DNA of 38,047 nucleotides from Octopus bimaculoides (Eukaryota): positions 28,008,526 through 28,046,572 of the forward strand of contig NC_069001.1 of assembly GCF_001194135.2 (NCBI RefSeq), given 5' to 3'. The stretch's first letter is position 1; every line of letters begins with the position of its first letter. Under the pieces are notes generated by a model. The model made no database searches, was not told the DNA's origin, and saw only the letters and a list, made by a program, of their open reading frames with translations. Position numbers and translations under genes: made by a program. This document shows, piece by piece, positions 12,458-24,585 of this stretch.

Positions 12458-13059
12458 GCAGTCGCATTGAATGATAGCTAAATCCACAATTTTTTTATTC
12501 TCATTTTTTTCCTCGTGTCCCTTTCTATCGAAGAGCGAAGGTCGAAGGTCCTCAAAATATTTCTGTCTAGCAAGCTTCTCCCAATTAGGAATTATGAGAA
12601 GTAATTAGGACATAACCTAGATGCTTCGCAGTAGGACAGAACTTTAAAATTTATTAGCCCTACACACATGGCTGCGCCTGTTTTACTGATGTGATATTTG
12701 AGGATCACAGCTCAGTGGGGCAACTCCTATATTTGTCAACTGAGACTGCTGTTTCAAATCCAGCCATAAGCACATTTCACTGCGATGAAAAGAGGTCTGA
12801 ACGCACTACCAACGAATCGGAATAGTCGCAGAGTAACATTATATCCACATTATGTCCTTCATTTCGTTCCATAGTTAAGCTAGTATAATTGTTAGCGTAA
12901 TCTGAAGAATAATGATTACAAATCTCAGTGTAGAAACGATGATTATAGATTTAAGTGATGTTCCCTCCCGAGACTGCACTTTGAATACGACATATGTGGA
13001 CAATTACGCCTTCTAAAGTTATCAAATATTCCAAACAAAATATATCAGAAGAAATTATA

Positions 13060-13206
13060 TATGGCTGTGTGCTAAGATGGTTGCTTCATAACCTCATAGT
13101 TTCGGGTTCAGTCACACTGCGTAGGGACTTGAACAGGTGTCTTCTACTTAGATCCCAGTCCGACTGAAGCCTTGTAAGCGAATTTGGTAGACAAAAACTA
13201 TGTATA

Positions 13207-13250
<44 letters not shown>

Positions 13251-13590
13251 CCGGAGTAAGCACATGAAATGTGCAACAAGGTGGAAAAAAGAGTACGCAA
13301 ATACCAGAGGTAGAGTAATATGCTTAAGTATATATATATATATATATTTATATACATATAAATTGTTGCTTGTGTTCGTGTCTGTCCCACTCCCTGCTGT
13401 TTCACAACCGGTTTTGGTTTGTTTATCAACCTGTAACTTTAAGGTTCGGCAAAAAAAAAAAAAAACCGATAGAATAAGTAACCGATGTTTGAAAATACGT
13501 GCTGGCGTCGATTTGTTCGATTAAAACTCTTTAGAGGAGTACTACAGCCTGCCCAGAGCCAAATTACCGAAAGAAATAAGAAAAAGAAAA
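13060..13590 (+). mobile_element. SINE family B, decayed, with an unrelated 75-bp insert (13251-13325) in its central microsatellite
   Basis: Head ATGGCTGTGTGCTAAG...GGGTTCAGTC; right arm GGTTCGGCAAAA...CCGATAGAATAAGTA; tail. Confidence 0.7.
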
Positions 13591-13625
13591 CGCTAAACGA
13601 TTACATACATCATAAGTGTATATAT

Positions 13626-13853
13626 TTACTCTTTACTCTTTTACTTGTTTCAGTCATTTGACTGTGGCCATGCTGGAGCACTGCCTTTAGTCAAGCAAAT
13701 CGACACTAGGACATTCTTTGGATGCCTAGTACTTATTCTATCGGTCTCTTTTGTCGAACCACTAAGTTACGGAGACGTAAACACGTCACCATCGTTTGTC
13801 AAGCGATGTTGGGGGATGGGGCAAACACAGACACACAAACATATACACACACA

Positions 13854-13946
<93 letters not shown>

Positions 13947-14355
13947 GACAGGCTTCTTTCAGTTTCCGCCTACCAAATCCACTCACAAGCCTTTGGTCGG
14001 CTCGAGGCTATAGTAGAAGACACTTGCCCAATGTTCCATTTAGTGGGAATGAACCCGGAACGATTTGGTTGGTAAGCAAGCTACTTTATTTCAATAAATT
14101 TCGCCATTAACGGCGTTACATAGAGGGGACAAACAAAGACAGACAGACAGACATAAAGTAGCTGCGGGCTGGACATGGACTTTAATGAGATGAGGGTGAT
14201 GAGGATGAAACAAATAATGATAGAGGTACCAGCGCCCGCCGACTGATAACCCCTCGAAAACATTCTTTTTTTTTTTTTCCCCTTTTAAGATTACAATTTT
14301 TACACAATTTCAGTATATTAAGCAAGCTACTTACCACACAGCCACTCCTGAACCT
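13626..14355 (-). mobile_element. SINE family B, full length, head interrupted by a 232-bp insert
   Basis: Colinear with other B copies; the head resumes at 14333 (ACCACACAGCCACTCC). Confidence 0.9.
14087..14318 (-). mobile_element. Retrotransposed 232-bp fragment (candidate 5'-truncated LINE 3' end)
   Basis: Exact 14-bp TSD TAAGCAAGCTACTT at 14073-14086 and 14319-14332; its 3' end shares 27/28 nt with family-A tail 1. Confidence 0.7.
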
Positions 14356-14739
14356 ATTTGGTTAAAAAAAAATCTTGGCTGGAAATCATAACTATGTCTA
14401 CTGTAAGTTTTACCGTTAAAAATATCTTATTTCATATCCCTCGATGTTTCTATCCTCGTATGACGTAAACATACAATTAATCGAAAACGAACAGAAGAAT
14501 TTCATAAGGCTGCTTTCATACAATGGTAGAAAATATGTCATCTTTACAGAAGATCTGGTTTCGTAACCTATGGGCGGGTAGTGTCCACTGTTCCCATCCA
14601 GTAATCTTGTAAGCAAATATTTTACACGGTATCACTTTTTCAAACTTCCCTCTTAAACATGCCAGCATATGGTCCAAATTGCTACGGGTACGGCTAATGT
14701 GTATGTGTGTGGTTGTGTGTGTGTGTGTGTGTGTGTGTG

Positions 14740-14977
14740 TTCTTTTATTCTTTTACTTGTCTCAGTCATTTGAATGCGGCCATGCTGGAGCACCGCCTTG
14801 AGTCGAACAAATCGACTCCCAGGACTTATTCTTTGTAAGCCTAGTACTCATCCTATCGGTCTCTTTGGCCGAACCGCTAAGTTACGGGGGACGTAAACAC
14901 ACCAACATCGGTTGTCAAGTGATGATGGGGGACAAACACAGACACACAAATACACACACACACACACNNNNNNNNNN

Positions 14978-15037
<60 letters not shown>

Positions 15038-15303
15038 TATACATATATATATTTACATATATAAAGAGGTAGATGCAATATAATACCGTCTCTATAGGGT
15101 GCACCTATATTGCGAGAAATAAGAGGTAAAACCTCTTAATGCTGTAAGATGCGTGCGATTTAAAACATTATGTTAGTTAAAGGATGTGCTGAATATAACC
15201 TTTGCAACAAATATACCTAGAATGATAGGTAGTGATTCCTTGCCCAAGTTACCACGTAGTGGAACTGAACCCGAAACCTTGTGGTTAGGGTGTAACTTTA
15301 CCT
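14740..15303 (-). mobile_element. SINE family B (well-conserved right arm, N gap, diverged left arm and head)
   Basis: 14740-14950 is close to the other B copies; CTTGCCCAAG...GAACCCGAAACC head at 15238-15300. Confidence 0.7.
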
Positions 15304-15334
15304 TTGTTTCTCCCTAATGTTTCCCTAATGATGC

Positions 15335-16305
15335 AACACAAGTTCCAGAAACAAGGGTACGTTTCCACGAGCATTTCGGCGCTACAGAGAGATTATATCA
15401 AAAGAAATGGATTATCATTTTACGGCCGATTACTGCTTCAGATTGCAACGAGATTTGTCTGATGTACACAATAGAATCATAAAACCTCCACCTAAGTTTA
15501 TTATACAGTACCTATGTACACCTAACTTTATTTCTAATATGTGCTTGGTTTAGCATGTTACGTTTTTATTTTCCTGAAATTAAGGTAAATATATTTTCTT
15601 CAATCTTTCTCCTCTCTCCTGCGTTTAAAATGTCTCCCAGAAATTATCCTGTCAACTATATAACAAATTATTCTTTCGGTTCAACATTACGTTACACATT
15701 AAATCTATCCCTTAAATGAAACTAGTTGAATGAGACTAGATCTTATGAAAAAAATATTCCCACTCGGTGTGGAGGCTAAACAGTGTACTTTTCTCTCTTA
15801 TCTTACCATTAAATGGTGTCCCTGTGTGGAGGCCGATCGTTCTCTTGATCTCTTAATTTCATTCTAGAGTCAACACGTTACACACTTAACGTCTGTAATA
15901 TCTAGTTTCTGCTTTCTAGCAACAATTATACACGCCAAATATACAGCAAATATAAAAAAGGAAAATGGCTAGGTTATTGATGCAAACTCATGAAACCATA
16001 ATAAAAATTGTAAAGTAAATTTATGATTGATTTATGTCTGATAATCCCTGAAAAATAAAAACAAAACATAAATTATATTATTCGAAGTGATATTTCATAT
16101 GGTATTTAAGTTCACAAAATATACATTAAAAAGCTTTTTGTACATGTTTTCAGTTAATGGTAGAAGTGTTCAAAGAAGGTATTAAAAATGGCAAAATAAA
16201 ACTGTTTTTATTAATAGCTTCGAAAGTCTGCGTGATGTGAGAAAAACCGATATCACTTTTGAATTCAGCACGCTAAATAAATTCACAATGATCTGACGAA
16301 ATAAA
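15335..16305 (+). mobile_element. Probable Chapaev3 (CMC superfamily) DNA-transposon fossil
   Basis: 15340-15475 gives frameshifted EQG-RFH...LYQKKW...ADYCFRLQRDLSDVH, resembling the SDEQGERFHQD...RYQGKW...ADYCW motif I associate with Chapaev3. 16210-16290 resembles its subterminal sequence (CGTGATG...AAAAACC...TTGAATTCAGCAC). Family name is from memory. Confidence 0.5.
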
Positions 16306-16574
16306 TTTGATACAGGTCGGTATTCGCTGTAAACGTTTCGCGTTCAAATATTTGCGTTTCTTCATTTCCAGTAAAGGACAAGCCAGGCGCTGGGAGCTAT
16401 GTAATTGATTGATTCCTTCACGTTTCAAAATAAGTGTATACTGACATCACTGAATATATAGAGAGGGAATATCGAATACAGCTATGCAAATTTTACAAAT
16501 AATAATAATAGTATTAAACATTTCAGCTATAGTTACAAAGCTGACATTTTGGGTGTGGGAGTTAGTCGAATATA

Positions 16575-16793
16575 TTCTTTTCAACTCTAGGTAGAAGGTC
16601 CGAAAGTTTGGGAGGAGGGGAGTTCAGTCGATTAGATCGACCACAGTACGCAACTTGTACTTAATTTATCGATCCCTAAAGGATGACAGGCAAAGTCGAC
16701 CTCGGCGAAATTTGAAATCAGAATGTAGCGACGGACGAAAAAGCGCTAAGGAATTCGCCCGGCGTGCTAACGCTTCTGCCAGCTCGCCGCCTT
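16575..16793 (-). mobile_element. SINE family A monomer with tail 2 (an extra tail-2 remnant lies at 16530-16574)
   Basis: Complete head ending ...AGCTCGCCGCCTT on the + strand; Nin-like core; tail 2. Confidence 0.85.
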
Positions 16794-17343
16794 GACAACA
16801 ACATTAATAATAATTTTTTTCTTTCTTTCTAAGCTAATCACAAAGACTTGACCAGATACAGTCAAACACAAAGACGAGAGCAGTAGAAGAGTAAAGATAT
16901 ACGCAGGTGCTGAGAGGAGTAAAAGACGTTATAAAATACATAATTGGACGAATTAAAAAATTACAAATCAAATTATTGACATCGAATTAAAACTATGATA
17001 AAATACAATAAATAAAAGAAAGAACTAATATGAAATTTTAATTTAGACTTGCAATGATCAGATTAACCCACTTCTTTGATAATAACTGCGATGTATTTTA
17101 TTCTACTTTTGTTTAGCTCTGGATATTACAACATTTCTGAAGGAAATTTCTGGTGCTATTTTGGGCAGTTGAGGAGAAAATGTCTCCTGGATAGCTGAAA
17201 TATAACACTCCTTAAATTCTATCCAAAAGTTGAATTATTAAATTTCTGACGATTTTATTCTGTTTAAATTATGATCTCATTTTCTTTTCAATCTGCATTT
17301 AATTATAATATTATTTCCGTTTATTCTATGCGCGATTCATGTC

Positions 17344-17653
17344 AAGGTGTGTGGTTTAATGGTTAGGATAGTCGGCTCATGATCGTAAAGTCGTGTATTC
17401 GATTCCTGGTGGCGTTCCGGTTTCTTTATTTCACGTTGCTTTAGTCTACTCAGCAAACAAAAATAAAGTGTGCCTGTAATTCACAAGGGCCAACCTTGTC
17501 ACATTATGTGTCACACCGAATCTCCTTGAGAACTATGCTAAGGGTACGCGTGTCTGTGAGGTTCTCCTCCATATGCACGTTAATTTCACGAGCAGGCTGT
17601 TCCATTGGTCGGATGTACTGGAACCCTCGTCGTCGTAACCGACGGAGTGCCAA
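17344..17653 (+). mobile_element. SINE head D plus tail Y
   Basis: tRNA-like head, TTTATTTCACGTTGCT, then tail Y aligning to the reverse complement of 10780-10960. Confidence 0.85.
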
Positions 17654-18341
17654 TGATAAGCGATCATTCGATGTTTGTTTGTTTGGTAAAATGCAAGCTG
17701 CCTCTTCGGCGGAAGAAGTTCTCACACATACCCCACACATAATTTTTTACTTTTAATATTATTTGCTTATTCCATTGAGTCATATGTCGTTTAACTATTT
17801 TACTTTTACTTTAGATGCGGTCAACATTTTCCCTTTAGCTTCTCTTTAGCTCTCATCCTCTTAGGAGTACTCATTCGGGACAATTATCAACGCTATTGCA
17901 AGAAGCGAAATTCACCCCTCATTCCACTTTTACTAATGCCTTAATATCCATAAATAACATCCTCAGATACTTGAGAATAGTTTCGATAGCAGCCGATATA
18001 TACAGGGCATCACTCAGTATTGATGTGATGGCTGAAAACCTCTCCTTCTATGAAGGACTGGAGATATCTTTTCCACGAGCAAAATTATAGTAAATTCAGC
18101 AAACCTATAAATATACCAGCGTCATTAAACTTTCCCACTACGCAAAGTACAATTAACACACCACATTAGACTGTTTAAATCAGTATTGTACGGATTATGT
18201 TATGTAGACATAGTAATATTGCCGTTGTGTTGACAGCATAAGAATCACAGACCATTCGGCTCCTTTTGTGACCTTATATCAAATTACCCATTCTATGCTG
18301 GAACACTATAACAATATCTATGCTGGAACACTATAACAATA

Positions 18342-18762
18342 GGCAGAGGCGTGGCTGTATGGTAAGAAGCTCGCTTCGCACCCGCATGCGTCTTGGTTCA
18401 GTCTCACTGCGTGGTAACTTGGGCAAGTATCTTCTACTATAGCCTCGGGCCGACCAATGCGTGGTGAATGGTGAATTGATTCGGCTGACGGAAACTGAAA
18501 GAAGCCCATCGTACACACACACACACACGCGCGCGTTTCTATGAGCATGTGTCTTTGTGTCCCTGTTTGTTACGAACCACTGCTTGATAACTGTTGCTGG
18601 TTTGTTTACATCCCCGTAACATAACATTTTGTCAAAAGAGACTGCTAGAATAAGTACCACGCTTAAAAAAGATAAATACTGGGGGCGATTCAATCGACTA
18701 AAAATACTTCTAGGCGTTGCCCCAGCATGACCGTAGTCTATTGACTGAATCGGATAATACAT
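18342..18762 (+). mobile_element. SINE family B, full length
   Basis: Head GGCAGAGGCGTGGCTGTATGGTAAG, CTTGGGCAAGTATCTTCTACTATAGCC, central (CA)n/(CG)n, tail. Confidence 0.85.
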
Positions 18763-20405
18763 AAACTATGTATGAGGGCATTATAATGGTAGCAACATTT
18801 TGCTGAATACTAAATACAATACGGGATTTACAAAATCGTGACGTCAAACAAAACAACCATGAAGTGAAGTACTTTTTATCAATGCATACACATGGCAGGC
18901 GCCATAATGTAGAGGGGTAAGTATCTCTTATAAACTGTCTCGTGACTTGGTTTCAATTTCATGTCATTGATACTGTCGCATTTTTATAAATTCTCAAAGG
19001 TCAAAAGAACTAAGTTCTATTTACATTTCATTGCAAACACAGACATACACGCACAGACATATAGACAACATATATATATATATATATATATATANNNNNN
19101 NNNNNNNNNNNNNNNNNNNNNNNNNNNNNNNNNNNNNNNNNNNNNNNNNNNNNNNNNNNNNNNNNNNNNNNNNNNNNNNNNNNNNNNNNNNNNNNNNNNN
19201 NNNNNNNNNNNNNNNNNNNNNNNNNNNNNNNNNNNNNNNNNNNNNNNNNNNNNNNNNNNNNNNNNNNNNNNNNNNNNNNNNNNNNNNNNNNNNNNNNNNN
19301 NNATATATACACTTAAAAGCGTGGATCCATTTTTATGTAATATATACGTTGTTACATTAATATCGAGAAAGTATTCAATATCTGAAACATATTTAAAATA
19401 TATCTCATTCATACGCACAATAACCACAACGTTAAGGGATTTTTTTTTCAATCGTTATATATTCATGAGGCACTAACTATTATGCTCTTCTGAAATAGCA
19501 TTATAATATCAATAGTAGCCTCAATGTCCTTGATAAATTTTATAGAAGACTATGATAATTAAAATATACTTTAAAATTCATCATATTGATTTTAATATAA
19601 GTATTGGATATATTATATATGCACAATATATCCGCTGAGAAAAAGCACTATATTATAAAATCTTACTTCCAAAAAGTTATAAATTTTCAGCCAAGCACAT
19701 CAATAAAACAAAATCAATATATACATATGTTTAAAAACCTCCCTTTCGTTTTCTTTCTCACGTACACACACACACACATACACCTCTCCCCATTACAATC
19801 GTGCTTTTATATTGGTAATAATTTTTATATGTTTTGGATCTAACAGAAGACTTAATATTGATAGAATAATTCATTTCGTTGTGTTACAGGTTCTCACAAA
19901 CGAGCTGGAATTGTACAAAATGCAGATCTTTAAAAACTAAACTGTATTCTTGTTGACCTATATTGAGTATACATGTTTTTGATATCGTTCTAACTCTGAT
20001 TTTCTTGACCAGATTCGTGATTTCCGATATGGTGGCCGATTTCTATAAGGTTGAAAGCGTTGGAAAATTTTCAATTTCCTAGACTAACTTAAATCGTGCT
20101 CCGACCACAACGTCTGTTCCTTTAGCTTTTTCTTCTCTCTAACAATTCCTAATGCTTTCTACTTGACATGCTTTGTCCTGTACTAGCACCGAAAACAACT
20201 TTGGTTTCTAGTACTAAAATCACGTGACTGGAATATGATAATTGAAACTAGAACCTTTTGTTACTTGCACCTCTTTAAAATCACCGTTATCATTAACAAC
20301 TTCTCTTTTCCCGGAACCAATCGGATCCTGGGATACTAATGTATACCCCGATGGGCCAAAACTTCGCCAAGCTGTTTAGTGGTTACGTTTAGCCCTCCAA
20401 AACTA

Positions 20406-20831
20406 TTCTTTTATTATTTTACTTGTTTCAGCCAGAGGAACTGGACATGCTGGGGTACCTCCATATGAACAGTATATTCGTATCACGTCTAGTATCTGCA
20501 CAGGGTCATCTTTATCATTTACACAAAATCTGTTATCTTCGTTACCATGCTGGAAATCTTTGCTTTTCCTGAGAAAGAAACCTCTCTCACTACATCTTTA
20601 ACAAACTCACTCGCTCTCACTTTCTTACTGATAATCCATTTCAATATCGTTTCACTTCACTAACAGCAAATATTCCGCTACACGACTGGTTTCCACGGAG
20701 TTTCCGCCGAGCAAATTCATTCAGAAAACACTGGTCAAAGCTATAATTAGAAGACACTTGCCCAAGGCAACCTGCAGTACACTGGGAATGAACCAAGAAG
20801 CTGCAAAGCCTACATCATAACCACACAGCCA
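20406..20831 (-). mobile_element. SINE family B remnant (tail 20406-20460, head 20680-20831)
   Basis: TTACTTGTTTCAG...CATGCTGG tail; GAAGACACTTGCCCAAGG and ACCACACAGCC head. Confidence 0.55.
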
Positions 20832-21749
20832 AACTTAAGATTATTTTATATGTTTATATGAAATAGTTCGCAACACAATAGATTTAAAAACACAGAGATC
20901 AAATAAACAAATATTTTCTAGGAATATAATTACTTAAACGAAATTTTAAGACTTCAAATAGCTTTCTGGTGATTACGTGTACATATTCACGAAAAGTTAG
21001 CAAAAAGAAGGGAAAAAATAACACTGATCGTATATCATATTGATATCATAGGAAAGAAATAATAATAAATATTTTAAACAATGGAATATCAAACAATCCA
21101 AGCCGAGAAAATGTAGAAGGGGGAGCATAAAAAAAAAAAATACATGGAGAGAGTAAGAGGGGAAAACTATCATCATCATCATTAGTATTATTTTTTTGTT
21201 TTTCTTTTCCGTCTTTTTTTTTTCTGGTAATGTATATGAAATCTTATTTGAAAGAAAATGATTTTTGAGATTGTCTTATCATTGTAAAGAATCAAATCTT
21301 CACCTACATTTAAAATACAAAGTCTTTGGTTGAAATAAAAGGTGTGTATGCATAATTTTGCACACGAATAAAAAAAAAATACCAGTGAAAAAAATAACGG
21401 AATAAATATATAAATATATAAAGGTGGCAAAAAAAAAGTAAACTATAATTAAAGAAAGGGTGAATTAAAATAAAGATAACAGTAAAAAAAAAACAAAAAA
21501 AACGCACATTATAATTTCAGAACAAAGAGATTTCCCCACCATTAAAGAAAAAAATATCGAAATCAAAATAGTGTTACGCATTTCCTAACAGGTAAAAATT
21601 GAATTAAAAATGAAAATGACAGACGGTAGCATTGCTTAAGGTGGAAAGAAAAACAAAATTATTTTGTAAAAAACAGATAAAGACAAGGATGATGAAGCCG
21701 TAACATAATGTGGATAACCGTGTAAAATAAATCACCTAAAGGCGATGAC

Positions 21750-21774
21750 ACACACATATATATATATATATATA

Positions 21775-21810
<36 letters not shown>

Positions 21811-22165
21811 NNNNNNNNNNNNNNNNNNNNNNNNNNNNNNNNNNNNNNNNNNNNNNNNNNNNNNNNNNNNNNNNNNNNNNNNNNNNNNNNNNNNNNNNNN
21901 NNNNNNNNNNNNNNNNNNNNNNNNNNNNNNNNNNNNNNNNNNNNNNNNNNNNNNNNNNNNNNNNNNNNNNNNNNNNNNNNNNNNNNNNNNNNNNNNNNNN
22001 NNNNNNNNNNNNNNNNNNNNNNNNNNNNNNNNNNNNNNNNNNNNNNNNNNNNNNNNNNNNNNNNNNNNNNNNNNNNNNNNNNNNNNNNNNNNNNNNNNNN
22101 NNNNNNNNNNNNNNNNNNNNNNNNNNNNNNNNNNNNNNNNNNNNNNNNNNNNNNNNNNNNNNNNN

Positions 22166-22209
<44 letters not shown>

Positions 22210-22222
22210 GATGTACGTATAA

Positions 22223-22269
<47 letters not shown>

Positions 22270-22332
22270 ATATATAGATATATGTGCACATATATATACA
22301 CACATATATGTATTTGCATATGTACGTATAAT

Positions 22333-22384
<52 letters not shown>

Positions 22385-22655
22385 TAAATATATATATGAT
22401 GTGTTTATGCCTATGTACATATGTTCATATACGTATGTGTATATATACCTGTGTGTATGCATATGTACGTATGTGTGTATATATGTGTGTGTGTAAGCAT
22501 ATACAAGCGTAAATATATTCGTGTACGTATATATATACACAAAACCTCTCATAAGCATATACATATATATGTATCCTTCTGTATCTACATATATACATAT
22601 TTATACACAAACACGCACATACATATACACACATACATACATACATACATACATA
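21750..22655. repeat. Large TA/TG microsatellite around an N gap
   Basis: Directly visible. Confidence 0.95.
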
Positions 22656-23164
22656 CTGAAGGTGATATTGTAAGAAACAAGATCAGAAGGCACACGTATA
22701 TGAAATTACTTTTTTTAAAAAACATTTAACGCTTTAGGGTAGGAAAATAGGATATGTTAGAAAATTAGTGAGATACTTTGTCAATGGTATTAACGAAAAA
22801 AAGATGGGAGAAAAGAAGATGGGAGAAAATACAAAAAAAGCTGAAGAAAAAACATGAAGGAAAATCATGTCAAATATAAAAAATGTTAGATGCTATCTTC
22901 CTCAAATTTTGTGCCACGCGCAGCACTATATTGTTATGCTTTTTGGGTGATGTGAAGAAAAAAGCTGTAGAAATAAAATGCCGTTGGTTTATGACGTTTC
23001 ATACATTTGTTATATTTCGTTACTAAGCAGTAATACGGAATAATGATATGAGAAAATGTTTGATTTTACAAAAATGCAAGCACATATATACACATATTTA
23101 TATATGAACTCGCAGAGTATAGAAATACTTAGATGTACGCACGAAAGAAATACGCCAATATATT

Positions 23165-23295
23165 CTATTCTTCTATTATTTTCTTTACTTGTTTCAGCCA
23201 TGTGACTGCGGCCATGCTGGAGCACCGCCATGAAGGGATTTTAGTCGAACAAATCAACGCCAGGACTTATTTTTTAAAGCCTAGTACATATTTTT
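23165..23295 (-). mobile_element. SINE family B 3' fragment
   Basis: TTACTTGTTTCAGCCATGTGACTGCGGCCATGCTGGAGCACCGCC...GGACTTAT...AAGCCTAGTAC. Confidence 0.8.
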
Positions 23296-23339
23296 ATGGC
23301 TGATATTAATATCGCTAGAATTTGTTTTTAAAAAGAATG

Positions 23340-24310
23340 ATATTGCTGCGTGATAACTCCTTTTGAAAGGCCGAATATCATTTCAGATAGAGAAAAGGCA
23401 CTGAAGAAAGAATTCATCAGAAACTGCCGTCTTAACGTCAGAGTGGTCGCAAACAACATGGAGATGTTGCCATACTCTGTTAGAAAAGTCTTAAAAGAAC
23501 TAGGATATGAAAGGAGAATTTCAAGAAAGAAACTGTTAATTTCAGACACATATGAAGGAAAAAAATTATGACTGGGGTTGGAGGAACGAGAGCAAGGAAG
23601 AAGAATTTTGGCAGTCTGTGGTGTGCCGGACGAAAGTAAGTTTTGCTAATATTCGAATTCAAGACTAGTCTATGTATGTAGGGACAAAACTGAAACTTGG
23701 GAGACTAAGTGATTGCAAGCTACCGTGAAACATGGTGGGATCGGAGTCATGGTTTGGTTTTGCTGTCTGAGTAGAAGGGAAACCTGAACTGATTTTCGTG
23801 GAAAACCGGTTGGGTGGTCCGAAATACTGTGATATGTTAGAAAAGGGACTTCTTCCGATTTACGACACCGGTAAAATGGATAGGAACACTTCTCTTTCCA
23901 TTCCCTACCCTTGAACAACCAACATACAGCTACTGTAGGCAACAATGAACTTACCTTTTAAAAGTCCAACCATAATTTTTCTGCCATCACTTAATTTAAA
24001 GACAATTCGATGCAAGTAGGGCCTTACTTTTCGTACAAACAATTATTTGTAGTAGCTGTTACGAATCTAAACTCCTGTTTGTAGTTTGAAAGAAAATTAC
24101 ACCACTGTCGCTAAGCACTATTTTAAAGTGCGATTTTATGGCTTCGAATTGCTCTAAACGCATTTGATCATAAAGATGTTTGAAATTTAGTATTTTTAAA
24201 GGTAACAATAAAATTAGCTCCGACGGCCGACGGCATGAAAATAGGTCCGACAAATTTTATTAATATCTGAAAAGATACTAAGTTTCCAACATTTTTATGG
24301 CAGAGAGTTA
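23340..24310 (+). pseudogene. Decayed Tc1-family transposase
   Basis: SVRKVLKELGYERRISRKKLLIS (HTH/NLS region), EEFWQSVV..DESKF (first D), QATVKHGGIGVMVW, remnants of HTA and SP-LN; many frameshifts and stops; TIR-like end near 24284-24310. Confidence 0.75.
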
Positions 24311-24545
24311 TGAGAGGTAAGAATGTATGAGAGAGTGAGTTCAATACGTATTTCAGTTCCGAACGATATGAAGCACTGTTATGGTTAAATTATTACTTGA
24401 TACAGTTAGAAGTGTCACTAAATATTGAGAGACGGGTAAAGCATGAGGAACAGTAGAAGTGTCATTGGATAGTAAGAGAGAGGGGGTCGGGGGAGTGAAG
24501 TTGAAAAAGTTACATACTGACACACTGATATTCGCTTTCGCATTT

Positions 24546-24585
<40 letters not shown>

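Noticed and set aside
12702-12766. A-box/B-box-like motifs (CAGCTCAGTGG ... GTTTCAAATCC)
   Set aside because: No cloverleaf; at most an ancient SINE head, not a tRNA gene.
15060-15237. Apparent foreign replacement inside a B SINE
   Set aside because: Lies across an N gap from the conserved arm, so two different copies may have been scaffolded together.
16356-16415. Strong acceptor TTTCTTCATTTCCAG then KDKPGAGSYVID*
   Set aside because: Too short, unsupported by other exons, and adjacent to a transposon fossil.
17870-18230. Possible ancient RTE remnant (AADI...GLEIS; RLFKSVLYG)
   Set aside because: Only scattered short motif resemblances; cannot be supported without a profile search.
18800-19960. 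Possible exon pair (donor 18917 GTAAGT, acceptor 19889 TTACAG)
   Set aside because: The joined peptide is unrecognisable and the first part has no start codon or acceptor.
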